Part shown: positions 1 through 9,370 of the stretch, piece by piece
How the letters are laid out: every line of letters starts with the position of its first letter
Position numbering within the stretch: position 1 is the stretch's first letter
Notes under the pieces: generated by a model
Seen by the model: only the letters and a program-made list of their open reading frames with translations
Databases searched by the model: none
Told to the model about the DNA's origin: nothing
Virus record (IMG/VR): IMGVR_UViG_3300005399_000079
Location: 1 to 40,228 of that record
Strand: one strand, 5' to 3'
Length of the DNA: 40,228 bases
Source: a virus
Lineage: Duplodnaviria > Caudoviricetes
Made by a program: the position numbers and the translations under genes

Positions 1-300
1 ATGATTTTCTATGTCACACGAATGCGGGTGAAAGGGCGCAAGCTCACTCCTGAGCAGATTAGTCGCGGGGAGCGAGTCCGGTGCAACATGAGCATCGAGC
101 ACGAAAGCTGCGTACAGGGTCGCTCTTCGGTAGTTGCCAGGACGGCTGGAAGTGGTGGGCCGCTGGAGGCTGGGCCTCTTCCCGACCTGATGGACTGTCA
201 ACTGCACTCAATGCAGGCGAACGGCATGGTGCTGTCGGGCATCGAGGAAATTGACGGGGTGATGTATGCGCAGTCGTGGCTTTGCAGACCTAAAAACTAG
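1..300 (+). CDS. Conserved prophage hypothetical protein (99 aa), convergent with lysis genes
   Basis: C-terminal GIEEIDGVMYAQSWLCR resembles a small protein often seen beside Pseudomonas prophage lysis genes (recalled, not searched). Confidence 0.75.
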   Translation: MIFYVTRMRVKGRKLTPEQISRGERVRCNMSIEHESCVQGRSSVVARTAGSGGPLEAGPLPDLMDCQLHSMQANGMVLSGIEEIDGVMYAQSWLCRPKN

Positions 301-785
301 GCCGACCCACAGACTGTGGACATAAATTTACTTTGAAGGGAAAGGATAAAACCCGAGTAAATACATAGTGTTACGCAGGCTTGCCAAAACACACAAAAAA
401 ATAGTCCGCACATGGCGGGCAAAGGGGGTTTTCAAATCACTGCGGCAGGACTACCATCGAAGGCGCAAGGGCAATAATCGTGCCAACATTTTCGCCATTC
501 GTCGGCGGAAGTGCGGCAGAACGTGGAGAAGGAAGTGGCGGCTTCAGACACCGCCCTTCCACTGGCACCTTGTAGGCGCCGGGTACAGCACACTTCAAAC
601 GAGTGATGATCATCCTGCAGGACTCTGGATGTGTCAAGGCTGGCAACTACCTGGGTAACATCAGCTTTGCACAGGAATCCTGCCCATGAACATTCATGTC
701 AGCCTGAGCTTGAATATCGACCAGGGGAGCATGATGGTGCTTTTGCACCTAATGAACCTGGCCCATTCTATGCTCTCTTAGCACT

Positions 786-814
786 CCGGCCCGGGCGCCT
801 GTCGCTCGGGCCGG
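786..814. other. GC-rich hairpin just past the Rz stop; possible terminator or stabiliser
   Basis: CCGGCCCGGGCG-CCTGT-CGCTCGGGCCGG; no U-tract. Confidence 0.45.
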
Positions 815-824
815 CCTTACTGCG

Positions 825-1361
825 CTAGTCCACACCCTGCCGCTCCCGCTCCAGCTGATGGAAATACCGCAGCTTCGCCTGGTCCTCGATCATTCCGGCT
901 CGGATATCCCAAACAGCTGATCCAGCTTCTGGACTGAGTTCGAGGGCGGCGACATCGCCCACGCTGCTGCTGCCTGTGGTTTCGAGCACTCTGATATCGT
1001 TCTCGGCAACTCGGACTTTGATGCGCAGGCTGCGACGCTCAGAGTCAGCATCAGAGTAAAGGCCCTGCAGGCGTTTGTTTTCATTTCTCGCATCTTCCAA
1101 CTCCCCATAGTGTTCCTGATCCAGCGCCTGCATCCGCTCGCGCTCAGCTACCAGCAACTCCTGCTGTTTCTGCAGCTGTCGCTGCCCTGCCCTTGCAATC
1201 TCCCCCAGCGTGTTAGCGTGCGCAGTGTTGGCTCGGTCCAGCGCTGCCTCGCCGTTCGCGCCCTGCCAGCTCCACCCCACCCAAAACCCCAGCAGCACCA
1301 GGACGGCCAGTGCCGCCAGAGCGCCGCCGACCTGGGCGAGCAGCTTGTATTTACTCAGCAT
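825..1361 (-). CDS. Rz: Rz-like inner-membrane spanin
   Basis: N-terminal TM helix (LAQVGGALAALAVLVLLGFWVGW), coiled-coil body, follows endolysin; start trimmed to MLSKY. Confidence 0.85.
   Translation of the reverse strand: MLSKYKLLAQVGGALAALAVLVLLGFWVGWSWQGANGEAALDRANTAHANTLGEIARAGQRQLQKQQELLVAERERMQALDQEHYGELEDARNENKRLQGLYSDADSERRSLRIKVRVAENDIRVLETTGSSSVGDVAALELSPEAGSAVWDIRAGMIEDQAKLRYFHQLERERQGVD
890..1093 (-). CDS. Rz1: Rz1-like outer-membrane lipoprotein spanin embedded in Rz
   Basis: Alternate frame wholly inside Rz; signal peptide with lipobox SVAAC; Pro-containing mature part; GGAG upstream; exact start uncertain. Confidence 0.8.
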   Translation of the reverse strand: MREMKTNACRAFTLMLTLSVAACASKSELPRTISECSKPQAAAAWAMSPPSNSVQKLDQLFGISEPE

Positions 1362-1833
1362 GCCGCACCTCTTCCATCGCCTGCGCATACAGCGGTGCCC
1401 ACGTTTTCGGGTGGGGCTTGCCGGGGCGCCAGTTGCGGATGTAGTAGGCCCACGCGGCCTGTACTTCCCCGATTGCCGGCAGCGGGCGGGGGTCTGTCCA
1501 GAGCAGCAGGCGGGCGAAGCCAGCGGCCAGAATGTCGTCGTGCTCGAGTGCGGCGAATGCTGCAGACGATGAAGGCGCTACGCCGCGGGCAACACACAAC
1601 CCCTTCGCCAGATCACGGCTGGCCGGATGCGTTAGCACACCGCGCACGCCGCCGCCCATCTCCATCTGCCACCACGAATGCGCAGGCCCGCCGATCTGGT
1701 GCCGGTGCTCGAAACGGGATTCCTGCAGCCCGATGGCCAGCAGCTGCACCTCAGCCTCTGGCGAGGTCATGCGGTCGGGCAGCAGCGAGAGCGCAGCCGC
1801 AATCGGGCCACGCCGGATTTGATCCAGGGTCAT
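1351..1833 (-). CDS. Putative endolysin (lysozyme/transglycosylase-like)
   Basis: AIGLQES motif with candidate catalytic Glu, WRPGKPH motif, position directly upstream of Rz, GGAGA RBS. Confidence 0.75.
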   Translation of the reverse strand: MTLDQIRRGPIAAALSLLPDRMTSPEAEVQLLAIGLQESRFEHRHQIGGPAHSWWQMEMGGGVRGVLTHPASRDLAKGLCVARGVAPSSSAAFAALEHDDILAAGFARLLLWTDPRPLPAIGEVQAAWAYYIRNWRPGKPHPKTWAPLYAQAMEEVRHAE

Positions 1834-1848
1834 GTTTTCTCCAGGCAC

Positions 1849-1869
1849 AAAAAAACCGCCGAAGCGGTT
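1849..1869 (-). terminator. Intrinsic terminator upstream of endolysin
   Basis: Minus strand AACCGC-TTCG-GCGGTT followed by T-run. Confidence 0.8.
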
Positions 1870-1897
1870 GTGATGGGGTTAGCGTTTTGCCGGGCTG

Positions 1898-1994
1898 GCC
1901 AGCGACAGTGCCGGCGCGGGCAGGCACTATCGGCTGGCTCTACACGGATGTGGGCATGTACCGAAGTACCGCCGGTGAAGTTTGTAGTACCGGC
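1898..1994. ncRNA. Candidate structured RNA element (three hairpins)
   Basis: Hairpins 1898-1938, 1958-1969 (cUUCGg on minus strand) and 1971-1994; no credible ORF. Confidence 0.4.
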
Positions 1995-1995
1995 T

Positions 1996-2373
1996 TTATC
2001 CCTGCACCCAGAGCGCAGCCTGGGCCGAGCCTGCAAGCCGCAATGCCTCGCGCAGCTCGTCCCTTGATGCTTGGATAACTGAGTTATCAGCGAGAACCCA
2101 CGTTACCGTCTCGCCGTCCGCAAGCGCTGTGATGCTGCTGGCCATACGCTCTTGCGAGCGTTCATCGCCGTCAAACGTATTGCCAGCAGCCGTGGTAACT
2201 TTGATGGCGGCAACTTGTTCGGCGCGACTGGCTTTGAACTGTTCTCTCTGCGCTGCTGCAAGTTCATTCGCGTCCCACGATAATTCAGAGACCGGCAACT
2301 TAGAGAACTCCGCAAGCTCTTCAAGTGTGCCGGTCCATTCCGCGAAGAAAACACCGTTGTGATTAACTTTCAT
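1996..2373 (-). CDS. Tail fibre assembly/chaperone protein (DUF4376-like)
   Basis: FDGDERSQERM and WVLADN motifs; directly downstream of tail fibre. Confidence 0.75.
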   Translation of the reverse strand: MKVNHNGVFFAEWTGTLEELAEFSKLPVSELSWDANELAAAQREQFKASRAEQVAAIKVTTAAGNTFDGDERSQERMASSITALADGETVTWVLADNSVIQASRDELREALRLAGSAQAALWVQG

Positions 2374-2375
2374 AG

Positions 2376-4802
2376 TTAAGCGCTCAACTCATTAATCGTA
2401 GGTAAAGGGGCAGCGTGGATTCCAGCATCGACAATACCCGTGAAAAACGCTGGAACGCCGATGTACACCTTGGCCGACGCTGTAGCGGAAATTCTCGGGA
2501 ATGCGCTGTCGTATCCCTGGGGAGACGAGTCAATAACTCGGACGTGGTTAAATCCAGCTGGCAGAGGTGTGCCAGCTGGCACGTAATCGCCATTCAGGTA
2601 GTAGGGAGTGGCGATGTGAGCGCTGCCATCTGCAACTTTGAGCCACGCGGTAAATGTAGAGCGGCTCGACGCTCCAAAAATTGCCCTGCTGTAATTTACT
2701 GTCAACAGGTAGCGAACAACTGCGTCAGTCCCTGCATTACCATTGGCCGTGCCTGTGCCCGCTGTAAAGAGCCCAACAAAAAACTCGACACCATAGCGAC
2801 GTCCGTTTCCGACTCTCCCGGTAGCTACAATCAACTCGTCAACAATCTCCGTGAGGGGGCCCTGGCTGCCGCCATATGTTGAGTTGTCATGTATAAATTT
2901 ACCGGCGCTAGTGCAAACGGAACCGTTATATGAACTCAGGAACCCTGTTTCTGTGAACGCCGCATTAGCATTTCTCTCTAGCGGGTTCATCTGCCCCGCA
3001 AACCGCCCACTATCCGGCATCACGTTAACAAATGGCGCAGCGGCATAGTTAGCTGTTGCAAACGTCCCCAGCCCCAGAGCGGTCCGACCAGCCGCAGCAT
3101 CAGCGCTTGCGACAAATGCCCGGCCAAATGCGCTTGTGATGCTGTTCCACCACGCCACGACAGCCTGACGAACTCGCTGCGCCGTCCATGCACGACGGGT
3201 TTGCGCTGCTCCCGCTTCTGCTTCTGGTTGACCTACCGTCGCTGCTGTCCATTCACGCGCATCGATCAAACGGGGGTCACTGGTGCCCACTTTGCCAGCC
3301 AGTGCAGTGGCCTGCGCAGTGCTGACCGGTTTGTCCGCATCGGCGGTATTGTCTACGGCACTCAGGCCCACGTCAGCCTTGTTGATGGTGACCACGCCCT
3401 TCTTGCCGTTGACCGATGCCACGGCATCGGTGTTATCGACTTTACCCCACGCCGCCCCGTCGGATACCAGCCAATCCCCCACGTCGAACTCAAGGCCAAA
3501 CTGGGTGCCGGCGGCGCTGGCAATGTAGTAGTCACCCTTTTGTGCCGGCGTAGCGGGCAGCGTCGGTGTGTTGGTGCTGGCATTCCACAGTCCCTGGTAG
3601 CTCAGCTGGCCCAAAACGGCATCGCCAATCTGAGACAGCGGCACCTTGCCGTCATTGTCCAGCTCTGCCAGCCCGTTGTCGGCACCCTTCAGGGCTGCGT
3701 CCAGCTTAAGCGCGAGCGCGGCTGTCGCGGCGTCGCTCAGCGGCTTGTCGGCGTCCGCCGTGTTGTCGACGTTTTCCAAATTGAGGTCAGCAGCCGTGAC
3801 AACCACATCGCCCTGCCGCCCCTGCACGCTCTGCACCGGCGCGCTGGCGGCCGCTTGCGCCTCGGTCGTGTACTGCGGGTGCGGATCGAGTGCCGATGCG
3901 TGCGCGCCCACCGCGCCGCTGGCCGTGCCAGCCGCATCGTATCGCCCATCAGATTCAGGCTTGGTGTATCGGTCACCCAGCGCATTGTTGGTGGCCAGCA
4001 CAAACGCATCGTAGGCATCCTGATTGACCTTGAGCCCAAGCCGCTCCATCAGGTCGAGCTGCTGGGTAATCTCGCCCTGAATCGTGCCCCAGGGCCGGTC
4101 GATCACACCGGCATCAATCTCGGTGCCGTCCTGCAGCGTGAGGATCAAGTGGCCATTCTCGGCCACGGTCGCCGCAGCCACTCCCAGCCCCGCCGGGCCG
4201 CGATCACCACCAACAATGGCAACGCCATGACACACTTGCCCCGCTGCAGCGCCGGCCACTTCCACAGTGATGATGCCGGTGTAGGCGCGCAGCACGTCGC
4301 CGTTCGGCAGGGTCACGTCCAGCACATACTCGCGGCTGCGCCAGGCCAGGGCGGCGGTTTCGGCTGCGGACAGCTCCACATCGACCCAGCCGCCGGCGTT
4401 AACGGTGACCGGCAGCGTGCCGACCTCTGCCCCCTTCTCATACAGACGCAGCTCTGCGGTGGCGTCGGTCAGGTCCAGCGGTGGGCGGTACACCAGCTGG
4501 CCACCCTCTGGCCGGGTGCCGGTGGCGTTGATGCCCGGCAGGTCCAGCTGTGTAGTGGTGACCACTTGGGCCATGTGCGGCAGCTGCCGCAACGGGGCGC
4601 GGTTGGCCTCGGGCAGTTGGCGGACATGCTCAACCCACACAGGCCAGTCGCCGGGCAGGCCGTGCTCTACGGTGAGTCGCACCGGGCCGGTGGCCGCAAT
4701 AGCGGTAATGGGTTTGTAGACGGGGTTGGGTTGCATCAGGCGCAGCAGCGCACAAAAGGTCGCGCCCTGGTCGATACGCAGGGCGAGGTTTGCGGGTGTC
4801 AT
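2376..4802 (-). CDS. Tail fibre / receptor-binding protein (808 aa)
   Basis: Repeated VDNTADADKP.S motif, GLWNASTNTPTL module, end of tail operon, followed by chaperone. Confidence 0.85.
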   Translation of the reverse strand: MTPANLALRIDQGATFCALLRLMQPNPVYKPITAIAATGPVRLTVEHGLPGDWPVWVEHVRQLPEANRAPLRQLPHMAQVVTTTQLDLPGINATGTRPEGGQLVYRPPLDLTDATAELRLYEKGAEVGTLPVTVNAGGWVDVELSAAETAALAWRSREYVLDVTLPNGDVLRAYTGIITVEVAGAAAGQVCHGVAIVGGDRGPAGLGVAAATVAENGHLILTLQDGTEIDAGVIDRPWGTIQGEITQQLDLMERLGLKVNQDAYDAFVLATNNALGDRYTKPESDGRYDAAGTASGAVGAHASALDPHPQYTTEAQAAASAPVQSVQGRQGDVVVTAADLNLENVDNTADADKPLSDAATAALALKLDAALKGADNGLAELDNDGKVPLSQIGDAVLGQLSYQGLWNASTNTPTLPATPAQKGDYYIASAAGTQFGLEFDVGDWLVSDGAAWGKVDNTDAVASVNGKKGVVTINKADVGLSAVDNTADADKPVSTAQATALAGKVGTSDPRLIDAREWTAATVGQPEAEAGAAQTRRAWTAQRVRQAVVAWWNSITSAFGRAFVASADAAAGRTALGLGTFATANYAAAPFVNVMPDSGRFAGQMNPLERNANAAFTETGFLSSYNGSVCTSAGKFIHDNSTYGGSQGPLTEIVDELIVATGRVGNGRRYGVEFFVGLFTAGTGTANGNAGTDAVVRYLLTVNYSRAIFGASSRSTFTAWLKVADGSAHIATPYYLNGDYVPAGTPLPAGFNHVRVIDSSPQGYDSAFPRISATASAKVYIGVPAFFTGIVDAGIHAAPLPTINELSA

Positions 4803-4827
4803 GTGAGGTGTTCTCTGATGGCGAGTT

Positions 4828-5538
4828 TCAGGAAAGCTGCGCGTATGAGGCCAGGTCGACGATATCTACCGCCAGCTGCAGCCGGATAACCCCGCCGGCG
4901 TACTCTCCAGCCCGCACGGCGATAGTGAGCCTGACACGGGCAGTGGCCGAGGCTGTGAGTTCGAGGTAGGCGTTGCTAGGCCCCAGAGAGGCCGATATGT
5001 CAGCGTGTGGCTGTATCAGCGCCTCAATGATGTCTCTGCCATTGCCGGCGATACGTACGCGCCCGCCAGCGGACAGCGTTGCCTCGACTGTGTTTTCTAG
5101 CCGCTTGCTACCCGGCAGGTCTGCTGGTGCGCTAAAGGTCACCAGGCCGGCGCCGGGCGCGGTAGCCCAATACGGCATTGCCGGGTCGAGCGTTACGTCA
5201 CTACCGGTAGGCGCGGCATAGACCTGCTGCAACCCGGCGCCTTCCAGATTGGTAACACGGCTATCCAGCGCCTCCTGCCCCAAGAAAATCTGAGCCAGAA
5301 TTGCGCTGTTCACGGAGCAGTAAATAACACTGCCGGCGCCCCACTCCTGGGCACTCTCGCGCAGCAGCATGGCTTGGCCTGATTCGACCATGGCGGCAAG
5401 GATCTCCCAGCGCGTGGCCGCTGTCTCGCTGTCCGCAACCGTCAGGATGTACTGGCCGTCAGGCAAATCCAGCTCGGCCTCAACCTGGGCTACCGTGAGC
5501 TGAAGCGGTCGCAGCCAGTTATCAACAAAGTTGAGCAT
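4828..5538 (-). CDS. Minor tail protein (236 aa)
   Basis: Position in tail operon; GAGGA RBS. Confidence 0.65.
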   Translation of the reverse strand: MLNFVDNWLRPLQLTVAQVEAELDLPDGQYILTVADSETAATRWEILAAMVESGQAMLLRESAQEWGAGSVIYCSVNSAILAQIFLGQEALDSRVTNLEGAGLQQVYAAPTGSDVTLDPAMPYWATAPGAGLVTFSAPADLPGSKRLENTVEATLSAGGRVRIAGNGRDIIEALIQPHADISASLGPSNAYLELTASATARVRLTIAVRAGEYAGGVIRLQLAVDIVDLASYAQLS

Positions 5539-5547
5539 TTCATGTCC

Positions 5548-7230
5548 TCAGGTAAATCTGACGGGGTGCCGTTGAGCCATCAGCACTTGACCCGTGACCG
5601 GCTGATAAGCGCCGTACTTGTTTGTTACCGGGTGAACACCCGCCGCGCCCTTCTCGCCGCTTGGGGTGAGTACCCGTGAAACGCCAATCTCGGTGTTGCT
5701 GACCCTGCACGCCACACCAAAGGCCATGTCGCACCACCTGATCAGCGTGGGGAAGCTGTCCAGGGTGCACTCATAGGCAGCGCCTGCTGACTCGCCAGCA
5801 GTCTCGGGCAACCCTGCAGGCGCGCTGACGGAGCCCAGCTGCTGCGTAGTCGGCCCTTGCTGCGTCTGGCCCGCTGGGCTTTCTGTCACAACTGTGTAGG
5901 TCACAATTGCCGCACCGGGCGCTGCTGGCGGCGGGAAGTACCCGCCCTGCGCTTGGTAGTGCCAGTCGTACCGGATCGTCCGTGTGTGTCGGCACTCTTC
6001 ATTGAGTGTTTGCCCGTTCCAGGTCACAGCAAGCTGATCAATGTTGGTCTCGGTGATAACCCTGCTGGCTTCGCCCTCGGCGCTACCCGCGTAGGTTGTT
6101 GCGCCCTCGCTGTCGATCACCATCACCAAGCTGTCATCCAGAATTTGCTCGGTGTAGGTGCTGGCCCGTTGACGTGTGGCGATGCGATTGACGACCACCG
6201 GCGCCGGGTTGCCCTGGGCATCAAACCAATACCCCACCACTTTGCCGATGAGCGTCCTTGTCTCCTGGCCGACCTCCTCCGTGACCGAAAATGACCGAGA
6301 GACAAGCGGCAGCGGCGTGTTGGAGGGCTGCGGGTACGGCCCTGGGGGCGCATCGATCCTGAAGCCCTGCAAGTCATTGGGCGTATAGACGTTGGTTGTG
6401 ACCGAGCCCGTGGGCATCGGCGTGTGGCTGACGCTGCCCAAGCATTCGCTGCGGGTGGCGAGCTCGGTTGCCTGCACACTAAAGTTGACCCCTCCGGCAA
6501 AAGGGGTGCCGCTCACCTCGATCAGCCAGAACCCCAGCGCCGTGACATCGTTGACCGAGAATGATGCTGCGTTCTCTCGCAGCGAGTTGTTGCCGGCGTT
6601 GTACACCCCAACGATGATTTTGCTGCCGTCCGGTACCGCGCCAACAACGCAGTAGCGAAACCCGCCGTTCGACCACCCAGCCCGGGAGAACTCCGCCGTT
6701 TGCTGTACATTTAGCCGCGTTGTTTTCTGCAGGCCAGCCCAAGGCTTGAGCACAAATCCGGACGGGTCTGCGCTAACCGTCAAGTCAACAGCGTCAAAGT
6801 TCCAGGCGTTTGCAGGGCTGACTCGCTGCACCGACAAATTGAGTTTCCACGGCCAACCCATATCGGCATCCCAGTAGAACCAAGCCCTGGTGCCAAGATG
6901 CTTGCCATGTACCTCGCCCCGAAAACCACCAGCAACGAGCGCATAGTCACGCCATACCATCCCCTGCGCAGCTTGCTCTGCAGGGGTTTCCGGGAGCTTG
7001 GCGGCACCAGGCAGGCGCTGCATGAACACCGTGCCGTGGTGGGCGATGTTGGCCTGATCAATATCCGAACTCGCCGGCCACGGCATTTCCGCACCACCGG
7101 GCAGCGTCAGCGTCTGCTGAGCCGAGAGATACTGATCACCACCAACGCCCGGTGGTGGCGTGACAAACTCACGACGCACGACGCCGTGCCATGGGCAACC
7201 CCACAGCGGAGCATTTGTTTCTGTGCTCAT
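5548..7230 (-). CDS. Minor tail / tail-tip protein (560 aa)
   Basis: WGCPWHG N-terminal motif, beta-rich composition, ATGA coupling to upstream gene. Confidence 0.65.
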   Translation of the reverse strand: MSTETNAPLWGCPWHGVVRREFVTPPPGVGGDQYLSAQQTLTLPGGAEMPWPASSDIDQANIAHHGTVFMQRLPGAAKLPETPAEQAAQGMVWRDYALVAGGFRGEVHGKHLGTRAWFYWDADMGWPWKLNLSVQRVSPANAWNFDAVDLTVSADPSGFVLKPWAGLQKTTRLNVQQTAEFSRAGWSNGGFRYCVVGAVPDGSKIIVGVYNAGNNSLRENAASFSVNDVTALGFWLIEVSGTPFAGGVNFSVQATELATRSECLGSVSHTPMPTGSVTTNVYTPNDLQGFRIDAPPGPYPQPSNTPLPLVSRSFSVTEEVGQETRTLIGKVVGYWFDAQGNPAPVVVNRIATRQRASTYTEQILDDSLVMVIDSEGATTYAGSAEGEASRVITETNIDQLAVTWNGQTLNEECRHTRTIRYDWHYQAQGGYFPPPAAPGAAIVTYTVVTESPAGQTQQGPTTQQLGSVSAPAGLPETAGESAGAAYECTLDSFPTLIRWCDMAFGVACRVSNTEIGVSRVLTPSGEKGAAGVHPVTNKYGAYQPVTGQVLMAQRHPVRFT

Positions 7231-7655
7231 GGTGTTGGCGCCGATGTGCCCGCGAGATAGATTTCAACCGGCGCGCCGTCCGCATCCTCAAGCAGCAGCC
7301 GGCTCAGCAGCGGATAAACAAACAGGCCGTCAGTGCTGGGTATGCCGTTCGTGTGGTACAGCCGGCTGCCGTAGTTCACCTCTTCCAGGGGGCTGGCGAT
7401 GCCGCCGCCACTGCCGGGGTTGCTGCCGGGTTGGTAGTTGTACTGAGCATATCCGCGTGCAGACGGTATGCCGCCGCGCGGCTCTTCGCGGCGGAGTGTT
7501 GGGGGCGTCGGCGGGCGGTCGATGATCTCCGACAGATTGCGGGCCAGCCCCTCGGCAAGCCGCTGGGCTCTGGCGTTCAGCCGGCCACGAATGCCGCCGG
7601 CTCGCTCGCTCAGGTTACCGCGCAGCTGGTTTGCGCGTTCGGTTGGCGTTGTCAT
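7227..7655 (-). CDS. Minor tail protein (142 aa)
   Basis: Abuts both neighbours in tail operon. Confidence 0.65.
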   Translation of the reverse strand: MTTPTERANQLRGNLSERAGGIRGRLNARAQRLAEGLARNLSEIIDRPPTPPTLRREEPRGGIPSARGYAQYNYQPGSNPGSGGGIASPLEEVNYGSRLYHTNGIPSTDGLFVYPLLSRLLLEDADGAPVEIYLAGTSAPTP

Positions 7656-9368
7656 TCACAGCTCCAGGGTGTCTGCTGGCGGCGCAATGGAATATGTAAC
7701 CGCAATGGCGGCCTCAATCTCGTTACGCCACTGCTCCAAAATCTCCGGGGTATCAATCGCAAAGCGCCGGGGATAGCGGTCTGCTGGGTCGCCGTTGCCG
7801 ATCGAGTAGTTGCCGGCGAAACCGGGCAGCTCTTCGTCATACGGCGGGCTGTCGGCGCGCAATCCGATCTGTGTCGGCAGAGAGCCGGGCATAACTGGCC
7901 CCGGCTGATCCTCAAACTCTGGCGGGTCTGGCAATACCGGTATGTCACCGATGGCGGTCGCTGCGCCCAGGCTTGGCGCAATGCCAATGGTGAGCAGCGC
8001 GGTACCTGTTTGGGTGTCCATTTCCTCGGTCAGCATGACGACCATGCCGGTGACATCAGCCCCCTGATCACGCAGGCGCAGTCGGTGGCCGAAATCAATT
8101 GCCAGCGCATGAGCCAGCGGCACCTGCCACGTCACAACATTGGCCCGCTGCGCCGCGCAGAGCGTGGCCACGCCGGCAGATACGGCGCAATCAAAAGCGG
8201 CCGCCAGACGTTCTGGGTCGCGGCGCTGGAGCTGATCAATAGGTGCATCCGTAACCGCGGCCACAACATCGCCGGTGCTTTCGTCCCAAAGCCGGTCGTT
8301 TTCGGTGTCGGTGTCGAGCACCACCCGCCCCCGCTCGATCACCTCGCCAACGGCGGCCACGGAGTCGGCAACCTCAAGCCGGACGGTGTACTTCTCAACA
8401 GCCCGCTGGCTCCATCGTATCGACGCCGAGAAATCGGCACCGAGCAACAGGTCGGTATTCTTGTTGTACCAGGGCTGCGGCAGATTGGGCAGATCGCCGT
8501 AGAGCCGGTACCAGGTGGACGACGACAGATACCAGCCAGCGGAGTTGACCGCCTCGGTGATCATGTCTACGTCTGGCAGTTCGGTCGAATCGGCCCGCCA
8601 CGCATTAAACCCGGCCAGCGACATATTCCCGCCCGTGCCAGGGTGGCGCCAGGTGTAGTTCTGCCTGCGCTGGCGGTAGCGCGTGTAGCGGTAGTCCAGC
8701 TCCAGCTCATAGGCGTTCACTGCATCGCTGAGCGTTGCAAGCCCAACGTCAACCGACTCATGCACTGTGGACCCCGGCGCAAACTCATAATGCACAGCGC
8801 CAATGTGCCAAGGGGTGATTCTCGGGGCGCCGTAACGGTCTGCATTGAGGCTGGCAGTGCGGGTGCTGAGCCGCTCTTGGGCGTAGTCCCAGCGCGAGCG
8901 GCCGGCGACATCCTCGAACACGTCCGGCGACCACAGCCCGCCCATCAGGGCATCGATGGACGCGATGCTCATAGCCTCAACATTCTCGGCAAGGCGGGTG
9001 TTTGCCTCGCAGCTCAGAACCCGAGATACCACATCAAATTCTGGCTGCGCTAACTGGCCGGTGAAACGACGGCTCACAACCTCCGGCTCGCCGTGCAGGA
9101 TGATATCGATAGCGACAGAGCGCCCGCTGTAGCTGCCGATGGATACCGGCACAGTGCCAAGCCACAGCTGAAAAGACGCAACGGCGTCACCCGACTCTGA
9201 CCGGTCGATCACAATGGCGCCCAGCAGCTGATCAGTCACATCATCGCCGTCCAGCAGCAGGCGGGGCGACCAGCTGAAGCTGCTGCCCGGCTCGATGATC
9301 TGTGTGACGATTCCAGAGCTGCCCAGCCCGTTCAGCGGCACCGCGTTAAGCGGGTATGCGTTGAGCAT
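7656..9368 (-). CDS. Baseplate hub / central tail protein (570 aa)
   Basis: Second gene after tape measure; size and synteny. Confidence 0.6.
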   Translation of the reverse strand: MLNAYPLNAVPLNGLGSSGIVTQIIEPGSSFSWSPRLLLDGDDVTDQLLGAIVIDRSESGDAVASFQLWLGTVPVSIGSYSGRSVAIDIILHGEPEVVSRRFTGQLAQPEFDVVSRVLSCEANTRLAENVEAMSIASIDALMGGLWSPDVFEDVAGRSRWDYAQERLSTRTASLNADRYGAPRITPWHIGAVHYEFAPGSTVHESVDVGLATLSDAVNAYELELDYRYTRYRQRRQNYTWRHPGTGGNMSLAGFNAWRADSTELPDVDMITEAVNSAGWYLSSSTWYRLYGDLPNLPQPWYNKNTDLLLGADFSASIRWSQRAVEKYTVRLEVADSVAAVGEVIERGRVVLDTDTENDRLWDESTGDVVAAVTDAPIDQLQRRDPERLAAAFDCAVSAGVATLCAAQRANVVTWQVPLAHALAIDFGHRLRLRDQGADVTGMVVMLTEEMDTQTGTALLTIGIAPSLGAATAIGDIPVLPDPPEFEDQPGPVMPGSLPTQIGLRADSPPYDEELPGFAGNYSIGNGDPADRYPRRFAIDTPEILEQWRNEIEAAIAVTYSIAPPADTLEL

Positions 9369-9370
9369 GG

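Noticed and set aside
301-785. RsmA/CsrA sponge RNA (several GGA motifs)
   Set aside because: GGA count is not clearly above chance and most are not in hairpin loops
368-828. ORFs 368-658(+), 437-646(-), 631-828(+)
   Set aside because: No convincing RBS, atypical composition, mutually overlapping; likely spurious
2376-4802. Diversity-generating retroelement or invertible fibre cassette
   Set aside because: No reverse transcriptase, no TR/VR pair, no invertase or alternate tips; internal repeats are diverged at synonymous sites
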